A stretch of 63,038 nucleotides of DNA, the filler included, from Octopus bimaculoides (lineage: Eukaryota): the NCBI RefSeq assembly GCF_001194135.2. It is 4 parts of 3 records of this genome, joined end to end, with 100 filler letters (N's around TTAATTAATTAA, not from the genome) between each part and the next. Parts side by side here need not be neighbours in the genome. Positions count along the whole stretch, not along the records: positions 48,781 to 63,038 come from NC_068982.1; 3 more parts are not named here. One strand, given 5' to 3'. The notes beneath the pieces are model-generated. The model worked only from the letters and a program-made list of their open reading frames with translations. It ran no database searches and was not told the origin of the DNA. The position numbers and the translations under genes are program-made. Position 1 is the first letter of the stretch. Every line of letters starts with the position of its first letter. This document shows, piece by piece, positions 50,576-63,038 of this stretch.

Positions 50576-51033
50576 CATATATGTGTGTGTGTGTGGGTGT
50601 GTGGGTGTGTGGGTGTGTGTGTGTATGTGAAGCTATTTCTATGCGCACTCATATGTATGCGTATGTTTGACTCCATGTGCACACATACATGTATATATAG
50701 ATATAAATATACTTGCAATATGGAAACATGCGTAGTTTATCGCCATATATCTTACCTACTCAAACATCCATATGTATCTATATTTATAGGAGTACACCAA
50801 ACGGCAAGACATAAAGCTGTCAGTTGGTAAAGCGATAACATTATGGAGTATGGCATATATATTATGCAGTGCATAGTCTTGCTAAATGATAACATTATAA
50901 GGACATCCGGAATTGTTACACTGGTGTAATATCATATCAGCGTATACAATGTCGTTTCTAATCTACGTTTGTCTGTGCGTCCCGCAGAGTTTATTGACGC
51001 TAGTTGTTTGCATGTCTGCAGGTGGTTAATAGT

Positions 51034-51103
<70 letters not shown>

Positions 51104-51517
51104 NNNNNNNNNNNNNNNNNNNNNNNNNNNNNNNNNNNNNNNNNNNNNNNNNNNNNNNNNNNNNNNNNNNNNNNNNNNNNNNNNNNNNNNNNNNNNNNNN
51201 NNNNNNNNNNNNNNNNNNNNNNNNNNNNNNNNNNNNNNNNNNNNNNNNNNNNNNNNNNNNNNNNNNNNNNNNNNNNNNNNNNNNNNNNNNNNNNNNNNNN
51301 NNNNNNNNNNNNNNNNNNNNNNNNNNNNNNNNNNNNNNNNNNNNNNNNNNNNNNNNNNNNNNNNNNNNNNNNNNNNNNNNNNNNNNNNNNNNNNNNNNNN
51401 NNNNNNNNNNNNNNNNNNNNNNNNNNNNNNNNNNNNNNNNNNNNNNNNNNNNNNNNNNNNNNNNNNNNNNNNNNNNNNNNNNNNNNNNNNNNNNNNNNNN
51501 NNNNNNNNNNNNNNNNA

Positions 51518-51582
51518 CAAATTATTACTCCAGATTGATAGCGATATTTTTGATATCGCTATCAATCTGGAGTAATAATTTG
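51518..51582. repeat. Perfect 30-bp inverted repeat with 5-nt spacer at a contig end
   Basis: CAAATTATTACTCCAGATTGATAGCGATAT-TTTTG-ATATCGCTATCAATCTGGAGTAATAATTTG. Confidence 0.9.
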
Positions 51583-53332
51583 TAGTTTTGAAATCAGTAG
51601 TTTTTTTACTGCTATTTCTGAATTCTCAGTATGTTGGAGAAGCAGGTTACTGTCAATCCCTATATATTTATGATTATATATATATATATATATATATAAA
51701 AACATAGGATGAGCATGATTGTGTGTGTGCATACTTACACATATATTTTGATACTTATACGTATGTGTGCATACTTATATGCTTACATATAGATTTGCAT
51801 ACTTATAGGTATGCACATTCTGTAGCTAGATTATCTATATTTTCCGCAACCACTCCCCTGCCCTCATTCTTCGCAATAATAGCAGTTCTTTTTTTTAAGC
51901 CCTAATTCAATCTTGTTGGAATGAACCTGCCTGTGTTCGAATACATTCCAATGCTTTTTCCTTTTTAATTCAAAGCCCGTGTTGATCTAGAACTACATTA
52001 TTTACTGTTTCTTCAATTGTTTCTTTTTCATAGTTAAGGTGTGGTTTCAAGGAGATTTGGCTGCTATTTCTAAACGAAGAGAACGTGTTTTGAGACATCT
52101 GACACCGCTCACTACCAAGGTGATATTTTAACAAATAGTTTTCCACGCCAATTATTAGATAACGTGGCCTGATGTTTGAAGAGAGATCCCAAACACCTCA
52201 GCTTGTGGTCTGCTGGAAATAGCAGCTAGATTTCCTTCAAATCATACTCTACTTATTGATAGAGTGACTCAGTACCGGGAATAGAGTCAAATCTATTGCT
52301 AAGTTCGAGTTGACTAGGACATTGCGATATATATATATAACGAAGGATATGTTGAACGCGGTTACTTATAAGTTTGGATGGGCACAGATCGAACGCGGTA
52401 GATCACAAACAGGTATGTATTTAAGGGTACGCTAAAATACTGCGGGACACGTCTGAGGGACGAAGAACACTGTGTTGAGATATGAATCGCACAGCCCATC
52501 AATTGTTCCATATAGTAACTTTATCGGCTGCGACTCTCAAAATCCAGTTACACGAGGACACTTTTGCAGGAAGTGTATGTTCACCAAGTGTATATTCACC
52601 CGAATGTACATGTCAAACAAACATCTGAATTTCTGTACGATGAAATACTTATTTACTTTATTCAATAACTTTTTCGAATGTGTTACATTAATAGATAGAA
52701 TTGAGGACAGCCAGGCTAGAACTCTACAGAAAGATGCATCAAAATTGGGCTTCTTTTATTCAAATATCTCTTATGCCAGCTATATTAAATAGTCTTCTAC
52801 AGCGATTGCCCTTTTACGAGAAACACACACACCCACACACATACACACATGTACACACACACGTGCACGCACATACCGTTCCTACTCTCATTCAGTTTTT
52901 GTAAGTATATTTGAAAATTAACTGTCCTTTACTACCAGCCTCCTATCGGCACTGAATCACTGTTTATTGATAAAAGTAATGTATGTGCCTAGCAGAAACA
53001 GCTGGAACTAATGGCTCCAAGTGAAAGCAAATAGCGATATTATATAACCGCCGAATTCTTTATCTACTAATTGACTAAATTATTCAGTTATTATTCCGAT
53101 CGTAATGTTACCGTATTACTCTGGGATGTAGCAACACATTAATCCAATTTATGTCGTCACGCGCTTTATCGCTGGCGAGACTTTTCTGTTCTTGTTTAAC
53201 TAGCTTTATTGACCCTCTGAATGCAACAGATCGCTCCTGCAATGATATACATCATTCCTAATATGATATTTCTTTATCTACATCTACGAATATATCGCTG
53301 AAAAAGTATATCCAGGAAGAAAATTACGTATG

Positions 53333-53384
<52 letters not shown>

Positions 53385-54112
53385 AATGTAAACAACTGCT
53401 TAATAGATAAGTGTTTAAGGCGGAGTGGAATTTTACATTTCTAAAAGCAAACAATAAAAGCTGTTCAATAAAGTCTGGAAAACCTATTTGTTTATCAAAC
53501 TCTCCACTTCACTAATGCTGATAAGGTGGTTTAGTTTTCGCTAGATTTTTAATTTTGTATTTTGTGGTAACGTTTTGTTCTTGATTGGCTATATTAAAAA
53601 CGTATCATGTTTTTGTACTGTTATTATTGTTTTTATCATAATTGCTTTGCTTGATATTGTACACATTACATATGTTCTTGCAGAGACCGGATCCTTTCTA
53701 CTCTTTATGTCATGATCGCTTTCAAGGTGGTTTGCTTGGTCTTACTAAAACCAATACTTTGGCTGGTTCTTATTTAGTTGATTACGAAATGAGAAAAGGC
53801 AAAATTTACTGGGCGAGATTTAAACACAGACCATAAATACTATAAAATTCCTTTTTGAAGTTTCTACCAATCCATCGTCACTAGGTATTTTTAAGAACGT
53901 CTGAAAAACAAGAGGAGATAATCCTAGCTGATATACCCTCGAGCATAAGTGTCATCATTCAGCTTTTATTAAAGCTTAAGCAACAGCTGCAGAAAGCAAA
54001 CCTCAAAATTTACTAAGTTGAAGTGTTAGAAAATGCATCGACTCTGGTCGAACTTAAATACATCTGCAACATGAAATGTAATTCAGTTCTATATTTAAGA
54101 GATGAGGGATTA

Positions 54113-54423
54113 TGTATATTATTTACATTTGACGGATATTTGTCCTCATCTTGGTGTAGTGGTTAAGAGCGCGGGCTACTAACCCCAAGATTCCGAGTTC
54201 GATTCCAGGCAGTGACCTGAATAATAATAATAATAATAACAATAATAATAATAATAATAATAACAATAATAATAATAATAATAATAACATCGAAATATAC
54301 CTTAAGAATGAGAACCCAGGTTCGAAATTTTCCCAAGACACCTGATGAAGGCTGGAGAGTATATCAGCCGAAACGTTGTGTTAACAACAAACAAGATGAG
54401 GACAAATATCCGTCAAATGTAAA
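54113..54423 (+). mobile_element. Composite element: inverted tail copy + tRNA-like head + (AAT)n + hammerhead-bearing Penelope-type tail
   Basis: 54122-54153 and 54392-54423 form a perfect 32-bp inverted pair; A-box TGGTGTAGTGGT at 54152; B-box-like GAGTTCGATTCC; hammerhead at 54337-54382. Confidence 0.8.
54337..54382 (+). ncRNA. Minimal type I hammerhead ribozyme (family 1)
   Basis: GACAC-CTGATGA-A-GGCTG(GAGAGTATAT)CAGCC-GAAA-CG-TT-GTGTT: 5-bp helix I, intact core, 5-bp helix II, loopless palindromic ACGU helix III, GUU triplet. Confidence 0.75.
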
Positions 54424-55480
54424 AAATGAAATGTAATTGTTTAACAGCAAAACAGCCTTCTTCGATTGAACTGTGATCAAAAGTATATCAAATTATGACC
54501 ATGATACAGTATTTTCAAGTTTCAAGAATAGTCTACCCCGGACTATGTTACCTAAAGGGTTTTTTTCTTTTAAATGATAGCGGGTGGATTAAGCAATTAT
54601 TTCTAGCAGATCGCAGTATCATATTAGCATCTGTAAATACCTTTCTGTATTGTAACCTTTATATACATCATTTTTCAAAAGTACAATCATTTAAATATAC
54701 GACTACTTTTATATGTATACACATACATGCACACACAGTAAACCAATGTACTCAGAGCCTGAAGGTTGCTTAAAGATACAAGGCACCTTATAAAACCTGT
54801 CTAATCAAAAGTCTTAATGGCAAAAAATCATAACTAGCTCTTATTTTAATGCAGTGTACATTAAATGATACATACATACACACATACATACATACACACA
54901 TACATACATACATACAACCGTTGGTGCCCTCAGTTAGTTATGTATAAGCGTATCTAGGAAACCTAGAGTTTTCAATCGATAAAAGCGACCGGATGACACG
55001 AACTTTATCGATACCATCTGTAAATGGAACAGTAAAAATATACAAGACTCTTAAAGTTTGACATGTAACATTACTGTTGTCATCCAAATTCCAGTGATGG
55101 TGTTCTTGTTTCTTTGCTAGAAATCAGCTCCCCGCTTCTAGACAGAATTTTTACAGAGAAAAATAAATGTACACATATGCATATCCAAAACGCATGATTG
55201 TTACATAAAAGAAATTTCTTGCTAGTTTGTTCAGAAATAACCTAAGCGCCGTTTGGAAAGAAAAGAAAAATCTAAATACATAACTACTTCTGATCTAGTA
55301 TGTTGTCGATACTTATTTAATTGACAACTGTACAAAAAGTTAAGCCAACCTTTGCGGGATTCCAGCTTAGACCTAAGAAACCGCAAAATGCTTTTGGTAA
55401 AGTCTGTCAGCAGGTTATGTTTCATATCTCTGTTACCGCCACTAAATGCATATTACTGATATAAAGTATATATATTTAAA

Positions 55481-55562
<82 letters not shown>

Positions 55563-58040
55563 CGGTATATCAACGTACCAATCGCTCTGATTTTATTACT
55601 AAAATGCTGAAATTGCCTTTCAAAATGCTGCATATAAAAACCTAACAGTCGTTTTACGTTGATTAGAAAGGAATTTGTATATTTAGGGCAGATTTTCGAA
55701 GGGTTGCCTTTAACATTACACTGTCTCCTTTAAAGGCACAGTTCACTGCGAGTTGGTATGCGTGCCATGCTTTGTTCTGGTTCCGCTTTTCCCTTTGCCA
55801 TAATTCTACAGAAATTTTGTGTATTTATTTACATAAGGATAGAATCCATGTTGGAAAGGAATGACTGACATTCTTCACGAGACTCAGAGATTCAGTGACT
55901 AGGTGGTAATGAGGGAAAAGCATTGCTTTTCTTTTTCTATCTGAAAGGCAGTGCTTATTTCAGTGTTCCTTTGCACGCTATATATACAACGTGCCATTCA
56001 GTTAATTCAAATATAATTGCATCGTAAGCAAGCTTCTTAGATATAAATATAGATTTAGATATATAAAAAAAGACCCATATCTATGAATAATTTATAGACA
56101 TATACATATTTGGAATAAAGAGATAACAATACTAATGATTTCTAACATAGACACATGGCTTAAGATGGATTAGCTTCCTAACCATTAGAAGATTTATCTC
56201 TCATCAGCTGACGTTATGGTAAACCGAATATAATCACTGATTTTATAGATCCTAATTGATCTGGATCGGATTAACTTCAATTGGGATTTTCACTGAATAC
56301 AAATAAAATATTAATTGTTCTCGATCCCAAATAAACATTATTTATTATATCATTATCTCTATATCGATTTATCTCTTCGTCTGCTTATCAGCTTAAGCCT
56401 TAAAAGCAGTGAAATATGTCCACTGTTATTAAATGGCTTTTCATTTCCATCAATATTCATGTCATCAGACCTGCGTAGAAACGTACGGTCTTATGCATTC
56501 ATATATACATCGTCATGCGCATTCATGAATATATGATGATATAACACCAAAATACAGCAACACACGGATCGCTTGCATTTCGTTGTTACTTATTTCACAT
56601 CAATTATCAATAGAAAACATACAACTATATATAATCTATATTTGCGTCTGTGTGAGTGTATATCTATCTATCTATCTCTCTCTCTATCTATCTATCTATT
56701 TGCCTCTGTGTGTGTGTGTATGTGTCCGTGTTTTACACAAATATTCATGCTTCACACACTTTAACAAATTATTTTCTGAAGCTATAAATAAAAGCGAGGA
56801 GGCTTTTATCTGAAAATAGAAAAAAATTATATGATAAGTGGATTATTTATTTTAATTAAACTATATGCTAATTAGACTCCTCCCAAAAGTAGAACGTATG
56901 AGAATAAATAAATAAAACATACTGAGTCTGAAAATGGAACGTCCACTGTACTTTTAACGGATAATATATCCACAATAAAAACACAGATTCTCATACTTTG
57001 GTGAATAGATGCACAAAAGAAACTTAGTATATTCAATGGGTATTTTAGGGTATTTTGAAATATATATCTTTTCTTTATCACATCCAACTCATCACTCTCA
57101 ACTCAATTAGTTAATTGCATTCAGTTATTCCGAAGAGAACAAATTTATTCCCACCCCTAAACCGTTTTCTGTCGACGACCTGTTGCCAGGGAAACATGAA
57201 GATATCATCCCACCCATCCAACACCAATTTCGCTGCATGATTCATGCACCTTCAGTGTGCATACATGTGCAGAATAAATAAAGTGAAATAAACACCCAAT
57301 GTTGCAGCAGTCACTTGAATAGTGATAATGATCGAAATACTCTGGATGTTTTACAGTGAGGTGGTTGTCACAGTAGGAACCAGCAGATTTTATACTACTT
57401 TACGTTTACTTTAAAACATACCCGCTTTTTAACGATGTAGTTTTCTACATATAAAATTATATGTATCAAAAGAGAGTTAATCTCAAAGAAAACACTTTGA
57501 TTTCAAAATGAAAGACTTTAATGCCAAGCGCGTTATATTCTGATTTCAAAATAATTCCTTCCAAATCTACTTTTTTTCCTTTTTTGGTGGCTGGGAATAT
57601 ATTGTTTCAAAATTGACTTGTGCTATATATATATATATATATATATATATANNNNNNNNNNNNNNNNNNNNNNNNNNNNNNNNNNNNNNNNNNNNNNNNN
57701 NNNNNNNNNNNNNNNNNNNNNNNNNNNNNNNNNNNNNNNNNNNNNNNNNNNNNNNNNNNNNNNNNNNNNNNNNNNNNNNNNNNNNNNNNNNNNNNNNNNN
57801 NNNNNNNNNNNNNNNNNNNNNNNNNNNNNNNNNNNNNNNNNNNNNNNNNNNNNNNNNNNNNNNNNNNNNNNNNNNNNNNNNNNNNNNNNNNNNNNNNNNN
57901 NNNNNNNNNNNNNNNNNNNNNNNNNNNNNNNNNNNNNNNNNNNNNNNNNNNNNNNNNNNNNNNNNNNNNNNNNNNNNNNNNNNNNNNNNNNNNNNNNNNN
58001 NNNNNNNNNNNNNNNNNNNNNNNNNNNNNNNNNNNNNNNT

Positions 58041-58140
58041 TGAGTGCTCAGCCACTTGCACGTTAATTTCACGAGCAGGCTGTTCCGTTGATCGGATCAA
58101 CTGGAACCCTCGTCGTCGTAACCATCGGTGCGTCACATCA
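58041..58140 (+). mobile_element. SINE family C 3' end
   Basis: GTGCTCAGCCACTTGCACGTTAATTTCACGAGCAGGCTGTTCCGTTGATCGGATCAACTGGAACCCTCG, the reverse complement of ~12510-12620. Confidence 0.8.
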
Positions 58141-58147
58141 ACAACAT

Positions 58148-58188
<41 letters not shown>

Positions 58189-61100
58189 ATTTCAGATTTC
58201 AAAGAATTATTTTCGCTCTATTAATATCCAGCAGGTCATGTGACGATTATCTTGTAAGATTTCTTTCCTGACTTGACATTTTTTCTCTATTGAGAGGATT
58301 AAATTTTATAGTATGTCGGCCCCTTTATAATAAGAGACAAGCTCCAAAAGAGCCAAGGTCATATTCTAGCTACCATTCTCAATGAAAACCTGACCCCACT
58401 AATGTCTTTCATAACGGCGTTAACGTTGCAACTTTCTTAGAAATATACTGTTTGTATGCATAGGCAAACAACTCAAAACCATACGTATTCTTCCTGAAAC
58501 AATTTTTCTCCAATTTCAAATTATTTATTGAACCAAATAAACAACACCAAATTTAATGTACTCTGGAGGATCTGTGAGAGGAGTTTCTTGTGTAATATTA
58601 TGACGGCTGTTGTCTATATTCTCTACTGTATCTATCCTATGGGAGGATTTGAGTCCTACTTTTCCAAGTAACGTGAATTATTCGACAATTATATAATGTC
58701 TGTATCACCACTTGCTCAAAGTGAAGAATTTTTGTTTTAACTTGGCATTGTTGTTGTGAAACTGGCAGTGAGTCAAAACCATATTTGGAATATAGTGATT
58801 CACCCTTCCGTAATTGAATTCTCAAATTAACTCTCGGTACATTGCTTATTCTTTCATAAAGCACCCACTTTCTACTTGTATATCAATCTGTCTGTTAGTC
58901 TGCATATTTTGTTTGTGTAAAATTATCATCCTCTGTGTACCAGGAGACATGCTTCTCACATTTTCTTGAAATAGCAATATGTAGGTGTAGCTTCGATGTC
59001 ACCAATCCCATTCTCTAACCTCAAACGTGAAAGGCAGAGATGGAAGTGAGCACCCTTCCATTTACAAAATAACTGATCAGCGACCAAAAAGTAATTATTA
59101 CAAACTGGGTGACATTTGAGTCAAACTGTACCGAAATTATTGGAAGAGGAACCAAGAGGAAGAATATATATTATTACTTAATGTATTTTGGCGCTCCCAA
59201 GCAGACATTAGCATCTAGATAACTGGGAATGTGTCCATGTACTGAAAAGCGATTAATCAGATAAAATAAGTGACTATAATGAAGTGATAATGTCGGAATA
59301 AACTATCAAGGGATGGAAAACAGTGAAACATAAAAAAAAAACCGACGTGGAGAAACTCTTTGTTAGGAAAAATATTTTATCCTAAATCTGTAATGAGTTC
59401 TTTTTACTAGTCATAAAGGTTTAAGAATTTAGTAGTAATTGCTGCTCTTGTTTACTTCTTAGTCTGCTCAGATCAAGCAAACCTATTCTCATGATTATCC
59501 CATCGTTTATTTCAGATATTGTGTATCTAGGTTTACATTTTCCAATGAGGATTTTCAACATTTTTCTCTTTTCTCATAGTTAAGTGTAATTTGAGGAAAA
59601 TTTGGCAGATCCAGGACTAAAAACAAAAAGCAAAGCAATAACTTGGCTCAACTGCTTCGTTGTCTTCCTTTGAGGTCTGTGTATCATCATAGCCTTAAAC
59701 ATAACAGTTAAAACAAACTGAACGTCAAAATGGCCGTTTAGCATGAGATTTGGCAGTTTAACTAGCTGTCGAGAAAAGTTACTAGAATCTCTTGTAAAAC
59801 CTCTCGAGTGAACATTCTTCGACAATCTCGAAATTGCTTCATCAAAAAAATTATATATGGTCCTCATGTCGAAAGTGGATGTGCTTGTTTATTATTACGT
59901 AATCTCTACCAGAACTAATGACAAATGTAATATTCAAAAAGAGACGGAAGAGCAGAACTGTATTTGCTTTCATTTTTCCTTCAACTAGAATCAATTTCGT
60001 CTCCTATATCTCCGGGCTTAACAAAAATATGTACCAGTCCTGTTCTGGGAAGTTTTTCTTTTTTACTTGCTGTGTCTGGGGGAAGGGGTAGCCGGAATGA
60101 CCCTTATAGCTTCTTCGAGGCCGATAAGCTTGGTACCATTAACATTTCGCTTAAACTTATTACAAATCAAAAACTACAGGAAGGTCATAAACAGGGAGAA
60201 AATTCCTGCGGGAAGATGTTCAACGGAGGAAGGACTAGATATAATATAATGGTTAGTGCATGACTGTAAGGTGTTGTTTCGTGGAAGGAGCTTAGTGGAG
60301 TATATACGAAATATGTCAGGTCTTTATAGTACTGACTGCTTCCTTCATAAATTTTTGGCTTTGTTTCAATTTCAGTATTAAGTAATAAAAATCAACCTGA
60401 CTTTGAGACTAGATCTTTTCTATGTTATTTTCTCAATTAACCTGAATCGGTTGACGAAGGCTTAGTAAACATTTACGTCATACATTCCGTTCCATTGTAT
60501 TTCGGTAAAGAGTTCAAAATAAGTTTTAACATATTTGTTATCATCAGCTTAAACAGCTTTATTTTATAGGACACACTTCTCCAATGCAGTCCTTTGAGAG
60601 AAATGAAATTTCTTGTAATCTATCCTTGGCTCTTTCAACTCAAAAGTTTTTAGCAAATATTCCCTCGAATGTACTACTAAATCTAAAAGTGTTTGTCTTT
60701 CTTATTTTGTCTAAGACAAAATCGCAAGAACAAAACAAAATAAAACTGGATTGGTGATTAATGAGGTGGCAAATAAAGAAAAATAAACAAAAGAAATATC
60801 ATAGAGATGTGATAGAAATGATTGTCGAAAAGAAAAAGAAAGTAAATTAAAATGAGAAGATAACATCCCATTCGTTATAAATATATAAATGATATTTTTT
60901 ACATATGTTCCATAAGTAAAGAACAAAAAAAAAAATGGGAAAATTGTGACATGCATACGTTTCTTTGTGAAGTGAAGTGCATTAACGAGTATGAAGGTAA
61001 TGGTAGCTAAAACCATCAAAACCAGGTTACAGAATGTAGCTACCAAGAACATAAATAACTGTTGTCTTTTGTTTTAAGCTCCAGCATTCCAGGAATGAAT

Positions 61101-61224
61101 ATCCATTTCTTCTTTCTTTTCAGAGATAGTATATCCATGACTACATTATCGAACGCCGTTTTCTCTTTTTTTATATATATAAATGATGATGGCGATGATA
61201 AATGATGATACTAATAATGCTTTC

Positions 61225-61405
61225 TTCTAAAGGCACATTGAAATTGTTGGGGAAGGAATAGTCGATTGCATCGATCCCAGTGCTCAGCTGGTACTCATTT
61301 TATTGATTCCGAAAGGATGGATGGGAAAGTCAACCTCGGCAGAATTTAAACTCAGAATATACAACCGAAAGAAATGCCGTGAAGCATTCTGCAAGCTCTC
61401 TGCTT
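61225..61405 (-). mobile_element. SINE family D, decayed
   Basis: GGTACTCATTTTATTGATTCCGAAAGGATG..AAAGTCAACCTCGGCAGAATTTAAACTCAGAA. Confidence 0.75.
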
Positions 61406-61409
61406 TAAC

Positions 61410-61537
<128 letters not shown>

Positions 61538-62007
61538 TCAAATTACGATAAACGTAAACAAACAAACGAAGTTTGCTTTTAGAAGCGTTGAGATGTCTTA
61601 GAAAGTTAAAAAAGTGATTTTAAATCCTCAATCGCAGGATAATGCTAATAATATAGTCTGAACAGGATAAACTACCCCTATTTTGCAGAAAAAAGTGTAG
61701 GTGGCTAGCTGTGGACTCGAACTCACATCCCCGTGATTACGCGTCACGATGCTTTGACCGATTAAGCTAAACTACCCCACTACAAATTCCTCTGCAAATT
61801 TAAGATGTATCGAAATCTCGCTTTATGAGACGCTGTCATATGTTAAATTCAAATTACGACAAACGTAAATAAACAAACGAAGTTTGCTTTAAGAAGCGTT
61901 GAGATGTCTTAGAAAGTTAAAGAAGTGATTTTAAATTCTCAATCGCAGAATAATGCTAATAATATAGCCTGAACAGGATAAACTACCCCTATTTTGCAGA
62001 AAAAATG
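61538..62007 (+). repeat. Two ~160-bp direct repeats (61538-61697, 61848-62007) flanking a tRNA-like sequence
   Basis: TTCAAATTACGA..GGATAAACTACCCCTATTTTGCAGAAAAAA occurs twice with a few substitutions, so it is a real duplication rather than an overlap artefact. Confidence 0.85.
61703..61776 (-). pseudogene. Degenerate tRNA (Thr-CGT-like) or tRNA-derived head
   Basis: GGTAGTT-TA-GCTT..AAGC D arm; CGTGA-CGCGTAA-TCACG anticodon arm; GTGAG-TTCGAGT-CCAC T arm; T6 run just downstream. Defects: U33>G, a 1-nt T-stem deletion and an acceptor-stem mismatch. Confidence 0.6.
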
Positions 62008-62068
62008 TGTTGGTCTATAATAATAAAACAACGAAAGAAACATCCTGGCCTTTTAATTTTAATTAAAA

Positions 62069-62871
62069 GACCAGGAAGCATCACGGAGGTGGCTTGACAA
62101 GTGTGACCTAAAAAAGAATACTGAGAGCCTAATCATCGAGGCCCAGGACCAGGCATTGAATACCAACTCAGTCAAAAAGAATATATAACACACAAGTGCA
62201 ACGGACCTCTGCAGAATGTGTGGGAAGAAGGTCGAAAGCGTGACTCACATTGTTAGTGCTTGTGAAAGCCTTGCGCAGGAAGAGTACAAGCATAGACATG
62301 ACAAAGTAGCCTAAAACCTCCACTATGTCGTAAACATGGATATGAGGTAACGGGTACTTGGTACCAACATACACCGGAGAAGGTAATGGACGTAAAGGAG
62401 AAGGCAAAAATTCTCTGGGATTTTGACTTCCAGACAGACAAGGTATTAGAGCAGATATAGTAACCTTTAGGAGGGACAAATAAGAGTGCCTAATAATTGA
62501 CGTGGTAGTGCCAGGAGATCAACATATTATGATGAAAAAACAAAAAAAGGTTGATAAATATGGAAATCTGAGAATTGAGATCGCTAAGATGTGGCAGCTA
62601 CGAGAGTCAAACATAAAGGTTATCCCTATTGTCATCGGAGCATGGGGTTCAATACCGCCCAATCTGAAGAAAAAAAAACATCTGAACACTTTAGAAATAC
62701 CCTACAAGCTAGGCGTATTGCAAAAGTCGGCATTACTTGGAACTGCACGTATATTGCGTAAAGTACTGTCTGTCTAGGGTCCTCGTTATGACTTGACAAA
62801 CATTGCAAACCCCCGGTAGATACAATATCTTCAATCAACAACGTCACGATATTGTATACTGTGCGACGTCT

Positions 62872-62902
<31 letters not shown>

Positions 62903-62917
62903 TAATAATAATAATAA
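62069..62917 (+). mobile_element. R4/Dong-like RLE LINE 3' fragment ending in (AAT)n
   Basis: WLDKCDLKKNTESLIIEAQDQAL, CRMCGKKVESVTHIVSAC, EEYKHRHDKVA, WYQHTPEKV..KILWDFDFQTD, KVIPIVIGAWG..LQKSALLGTARILRKVLSV*. Confidence 0.9.
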
Positions 62918-63038
62918 TGTAAAATACTGTCTATGTGATCTCAAATTTTAAAGCAAACACATAATTTTCTTATGGTTTCTTAAACATTCACTTGAACAAA
63001 ACTGTACAAATCCAAATATATGGTAACCTAGGCATAAC

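Noticed and set aside
54152-54220. Functional tRNA-Ser(ACT) gene
   Set aside because: The 5' acceptor strand is missing and the sequence is fused to a repeat tail; treated as a SINE head.

Overview
AT-rich, microsatellite-saturated eukaryotic DNA from a gapped draft assembly. The SINE families and repeat content point to an octopus (inference). No complete protein-coding gene, rRNA or CRISPR can be supported, and most listed ORFs are microsatellite or N-gap artefacts. The window is dominated by dead retroelements: three tRNA-derived SINE families, RTE LINE 3' ends, three R4/Dong-like RLE LINE fragments, a Penelope-like RT fragment, a mariner deletion derivative and several foldback or MITE-like elements. 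The most interesting signal is minimal hammerhead ribozymes in Penelope-type tails. One sits in a composite tRNA head-(AAT)n-hammerhead element with inverted termini (54.1-54.4 kb), with a head-to-head palindromic relative at 2.2-3.25 kb. A second, intact-core hammerhead family lies at 33.0 kb. There is also a CpG-poor to CpG-rich switch near 20.6 kb, a very GC-rich 300-bp island at 27.2-27.5 kb and several weak candidate exons. Repeat boundaries were read by eye and are approximate; nothing was aligned or searched computationally.
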